NCBI GenBank assembly: GCA_905178155.1
Contig: CAJINV010000015.1
Span: 1,850,920 to 1,914,919, forward strand
DNA: 64,000 nucleotides
DNA from: Amoebophrya sp. A120
Taxonomy: Eukaryota > Protista > Dinoflagellata
Direction of reading: 5' to 3'
The first letter of the stretch is position 1. Each line of letters begins with the position of its first letter. Made by a program: the position numbers and the translations under genes. This document shows positions 59,343 through 64,000 of the stretch, piece after piece. The notes under the pieces were generated by a model. That model made no database searches and was not told where the DNA came from. It was given only the letters and a program-made list of their open reading frames with translations.

Positions 59343-62300
59343 ATGATGGCGTATCTAATCTCCAATGTGATACCGCCCACATTCAGACGGGACCCTTCTT
59401 CACAATCATCGCGAGGCTGTAGTCGGTGCAGCAGCGGCGCCATCATAATTGCCAGCGAAAATACGCCGAGCATGATGTTCATGCCCTGTGTGGTCTCGTC
59501 CTGGTGTTTAATATTCTCTGCATTCATCCTATTCCTCCCTGAGTTCCAGTCCTTTAGTACAACAAATGCGCTGGCGAAGCGAATGCCAATGCCGGGTACT
59601 ACACTTCCAAAAGCTCCAGCCTCTCCTTCGCCTCCTCGAAACCGCCACTTTCAAAAACTACTCCAACTTGTCGCGCGACGGGAAAACACCTCCCAAATCA
59701 TGGAGCAGTGGAGCAGCTTCGTCAAGCCCGTACCGCGCTCGCAGCCGTTGAATGGAGAAGAGGTTTTCCAGAAACTGAAACAGCAGCTGCATAGCTTCTG
59801 CACCCAGGTCGCAGACATTCGTAGACGAAGCATGAATCCGCCCAGTCCGAGACCTCTCCCTACTAGCCTCGAAGACGAGAAAAGTTTGTTCCTGCTCCGG
59901 CAACTCGCCTATACCCTCGCGAAACCAATCGAGGCGGCGCAGCAGACGGGCGGGGGGTCGGTGGCCGTTAAGAAGGAATTCTACCCGTATCGCTCGTTTG
60001 AGGAAGACCTGCGGGATCGGCACAATGATTTGAATCCGACTATCGGGGAACTACCACTTTTTTCCGCTGTCTACCGTGCGCCCTTCTCCGACGGCCGGCT
60101 TGACATTTACGCGCCCAGAGTCGTGTTTCCAGTAGAACAATTCCAGCCCGCGACAAGTTTTTGGCCGGAGTTACTGGCCCAGCCGACGCATCACGCTGAT
60201 TACCGACACTGGGACGTGCGTCTAGAGGGGCTCACGCTTAAGATGGCCGTCTCCCCGCAGGGATTTCGTCGCGGCCGCGTGGCCAATCACATCGTGCGCG
60301 TAAACTTTGACATAGAAGTGGAGAGGATGGCTGACGTAGTGTTCCCTTTAGCAGACCCCTATCCGCTCGTCGGTCATCCAGACACGACTGGCGTTCCAGT
60401 TTCTTCACAACAAAGGGCGCCGATGCCACAAATGCCGAGGCCGCCACAAATGCCGAGCCCCCCGAGGCCGCCACAAATGCCGAGGCCGCCACAAATGCCG
60501 AGGATGCCACAAATGCCGACGATGCCACAAATGCCGACGATGCCACAAATGCCGACGATGCCACACATCAGCAACATGTCGGGGATGTCACACATGGATC
60601 CTGGGATGCCACAAATACCACCTTCTTCACCGTCGAAAGCGGGACCGACAAATAGCGGGCAGGCTCCGCCCGGAGGCAAAAGCAAGCCAAATGATGTTGA
60701 TCACATCAACCGTAATCTCGGGAACCTATATGTCAGAGAAGCCCAGGACCGACTTCAACGGGCTGGCGAGGTGGAAACGGGGGTGTGGATCGTGCTGGGG
60801 GTCGGAATATGGATTGCAAAAATGTCTGGGTCTGGAAACCTGTGATGCTTGGTGGCGTATCATGAGGAAGCAACAAGTGCTGGCTCAGCATGACAAGTTT
60901 CTGAGCTTCTAGGTGTTGCCTATTTTGCATGACAGACTGCGTTTTTGCATGACAGAAAAATGGGGCTCTTGGGTAACCAACGCGCATGACAGATTTAAGA
61001 GTCAAGCCAGACAAGCATGACAAACATGCATTCTTCCTGACCCAGACACTTTTGCAGTTGATACGGAATTTTCCTGGCGGTTGCGAACCTGGTGGTGCTG
61101 GTTGTGTTGATTTGCCGATGGAACAAAAAGGTAAGAAATCGTGCCGTCGAAGGGACTTCTCCGAGTAGTGCTGCACCAGGTAAATCTGAATCTACAACTC
61201 CTGGAGCTGTTCCTGGAAAGGAAGAAGCTCGTGATCAACTCTCTGGTGAAGCGCAGCCGGTGGTGCAGCTGGTGCACCAGCCGCTGGACGAGGATAGAGC
61301 CACTGCCGACAGTGGAGCCGCCGCGCCAGGATTTGAGGACCCTTTTGCTGCTGCTGCAATTGGCCCATCGGATGAAAACAGTCATCCCGGAAAAAATAAA
61401 TTAGAAGCTGCACAAGAACCACCAGTTCTTCTGGCGCTGCAACATCAAGAAGTAGGAGCAACGCCAAAACAGCCGGCCTCGTCCCGCGCTGGGCTGTTTA
61501 AGGAACACGTGCTCACTATGGAAGATCCTGCGCCGTTTAACAACCAACATCGGAATGGAATTCGACACGCAGCTGGTGTGCCAGGAGCGCCGCCACTTCT
61601 ATTCTTTGACCAGCACCAGCACGCCGTCGCAGCACAGCAGCAACAGGCAGTAGCAGTACCGCCGCCTGGAGCACCTCCACAAGCGGCGTTTCCAGGAGCG
61701 GTTGGGGCAGCACCTGCCATAGAAGAAGGACAACGAGGAGCTCAAGCCGCGCCACAAGAAGTTCTTACCGCGAACGACCCCCACGCTCTGACGCGGTTTG
61801 AGAAGTACCAGCTGAAGATGCAGCAAATGCAGCAATATCAGAATTTGCAGCGGTTCGGGGGGAGGCAAAACTTTCGAAATTTGCAGGTAAACGAGAACAA
61901 GGGTGGCGACAGTGCTGGGAGTGAGCAAGTAGAGCAGGTTGGCGTGCAAAACTTCGACCGAGAAGTCGTTGCTGAAACTAAAGCAGCTCCTCCCATCGCC
62001 GTGCGAGAAATAGGTGCTCGTCGAGCTACGACGACCGGAGCTGGTCCTGCTGGCGCGCAAGGTTGTGCAACTGGCAGCTCATCTGCAGCAGCAGCAACAA
62101 ATGAGCCTGCTGTGCCTGGTTTTCTGAAAGATACACAAGTTGTAATCAGTGTCGGTGTTGGGCCAGGAGGATCTCCTCCACACGGAAAGCGTCCTGACGA
62201 CGAGATTGTGCAGGGAGGAAGTTTCAGCACTACGGCTGAGATGACACCATCAGCAGAAAACGTTCGACCGTCGGCTCCCGTCTTGGAACGAACTGTGCTG

Positions 62301-62483
62301 CCCGCTGGAGGTCTTGACTGTGGTTATGCCAGCGCGCACCAAACAGCGACAGTATTACACAACGGCGGTATGATTGGGAGCTCCTGCCCATCAAGAACTA
62401 CCGGCGATAGCTCTTTCATCCCTCCCGAAACCCCCTCGGGTTGGGAAAGGGTGCAAGCTTTACAGGGGTATTCCTTCGATTGA
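59343..62483 (+). CDS. Single-pass membrane protein with Pro/Gln/Met repeat stalk, 2 exons; start codon uncertain
   Basis: The spliced junction rebuilds one TM helix VWIVLGVG|IFLAVANLVVLVVLICRW; hydrophobic leader near 59473. Confidence 0.8.
60422..60567 (+). repeat. Coding 18-bp tandem repeat (MPQMPT/PPQMPR)
   Basis: gatgccacaaatgccgac-type units, about 7-8 copies. Confidence 0.95.
60808..61063. mobile_element. Introner family B (256 bp)
   Basis: Family B TIRs; TSD cggaa/cggaa. Confidence 0.95.
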
Positions 62484-64000
62484 AAAGTTGTCTACGTATT
62501 TCAGCGAGTTTTTTTGTGCGTCGCGCTATGCAGGAGCTCAGATACTAGCACAACGCCAATACTTACGGATATTACAGTGTAATACTCGTTCAATTCTATC
62601 CAGTTCATATTTTCATATTTTCTAGCCATGATCAAGTTTTGCTGCGAAGACCCAGTTGTGTGCTTCTGTATGGGATGTCTTTATTCCCTTGCTTTGCTAC
62701 TCTCCCTTTTTTTTTTTCGCTTTCAGTATTGCACCTCTGTCAACAAATTTGAAGTCACAAGTGCGAGCTACCTTCTTTTTTCAAAACATCATTGTTTCGG
62801 CTCATTGTCATGGTTTCGTTTCGAATTGCAGCTGACGCTGAGTTGTACCTTCTAAGTGCTTTTGATCCAACGACAGAGACAGACAGCCTTAGAAAAACCT
62901 AAAGAACCTCTAGAAAAATAAATTAGTAAGTATCCCGAAATCATTTTTTTTGCGACTAAAGAACTAACAGTACAAAAATAGAAATCGCATGCTCTGTTCA
63001 AGCTCATCTGGCGCTAGAAGCATCTGTTTCTGTTTGACGACTACACGTGATAACACTAACATCACAAGTCTGGTGAATTGTATGATTGAAGACTTCAAGT
63101 TAGTACACATCAAGCAACGATCACGAACAAGCCGGACGCCGTTGATTGTTTCGCCTCCAAAACTTTTTCGCATGTCGCGCGAAGAAATTGTTCCAGAAGG
63201 TCCAGTACTAGGTGGAGTTGCAGTGCGATCGCGATGAATCTGCAGGATCGTTTCGCGATCGCGAAAAAACAAAATGTTGATCACAGCTGTCTCTGCAGGA
63301 TCGTTTCTTTGGTAATGTTTGTTCAACTTGGTGCGCTTTGGCGACGTCTGTTTTGCACTTCATCTTCGGGAAGACTATATCCGTATCGACGTAGAGCGTG
63401 AGTCTACTTGAATGCACATAGAGTTAGACTTGGGCCAAGTCTAAGTCTTAGACTTGGACAGCAACGATGCCCAACATCGTGGTCCATTGATCGCGTCTTG
63501 ATTCGTTCCCTCTTCTAGAACTACTCACAGTCTTGGATTCTCGATTGCCCGCCTCGTTATGGGTGTCGTCTGCAATGAGAAACTTTGGTCGCATCTGAAG
63601 GGGAGCGATGTTGATGCCTATCCTGCCAGAGGAAACTGCGGCAAAAGAGCGAGAGGCGAGAGTGAAGGTGCTGTTTCACTACACCAGCATCGCCACCTGC
63701 AGCGCAGAATTCTGTATTGGTCGAGATTGAGTTCATCGGGGTAGTACAAGTAAGAAGTACTACAGCTCCATGGTGCATACTTAATTACTGCACGCTGTGT
63801 ATCTTTTGTTCGACCAGATTTGCTTCTCTTAGTAAAATTAAAATTTTATTTTCTACTTGTTTTGGTTGACCTCCCTATATCCGAGTGAGAAGCTGCGCCC
63901 ACCATCACGCCTGCACCCCTGCAAAAATAAATGGCTCGTCTATCTTGCTAGAGCGCCTCCAGCTTGATGTTCCTCCAAGTTCCAGAACGATAACCAGAAC

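Noticed and set aside
1693-61063. Dispersed repeats read as CRISPR arrays or bacterial REP/IS elements
   Set aside because: No regular repeat-spacer period, no cas or transposase genes; eukaryotic gene content; copies have TIRs and TSDs and interrupt exons
4825-61176. Recurrent peptides in many ORFs (CKNVWVWK, AKVSYSY, FQTQTFLH, KKHPSPS)
   Set aside because: Translations of introner TIRs, not a protein family
16018-62230. Numerous minus-strand ORFs of 100-220 aa
   Set aside because: Antisense shadows of low-complexity + strand exons with no motifs
1-64000. Autonomous transposase, dinoflagellate spliced-leader relic, tRNA or rRNA
   Set aside because: None recognised by eye; a computational search could still find degenerate copies

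Overview
Gene-dense eukaryotic DNA whose architecture matches the parasitic dinoflagellate Amoebophrya (Syndiniales) or a close relative; this is inferred from structure, not a database hit. Every supportable gene (about 12) lies on the + strand. The ORF track looks fragmented because the coding regions are interrupted by about 48 MITE-like elements of 109-318 bp (one is 1023 bp), falling into at least 8 families plus singletons. Typical copies start with TAT, end with ATA, have terminal inverted repeats (TIRs) and a 5-bp target-site duplication (TSD), and carry an internal GCAT(G/T/C)ACAAA motif. Removing an element plus one TSD copy rejoins the flanking ORFs in frame in all but one case (12345), so they behave as non-GT-AG introns (introners). 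Manual splicing reveals proteins invisible in the ORF track. The most notable is a multi-EF-hand protein fused to a RelA/SpoT-synthetase-like nucleotidyltransferase domain (29865-35218). Others are PEX3, a MYND/MSS51-like protein, an SGNH hydrolase fragment inside a repeat-bounded cassette and a secreted coiled-coil protein; an intronless ASCH-domain protein is also present. No transposase, rRNA, tRNA or CRISPR array was recognised. Splicing is inferred from reading-frame restoration only.
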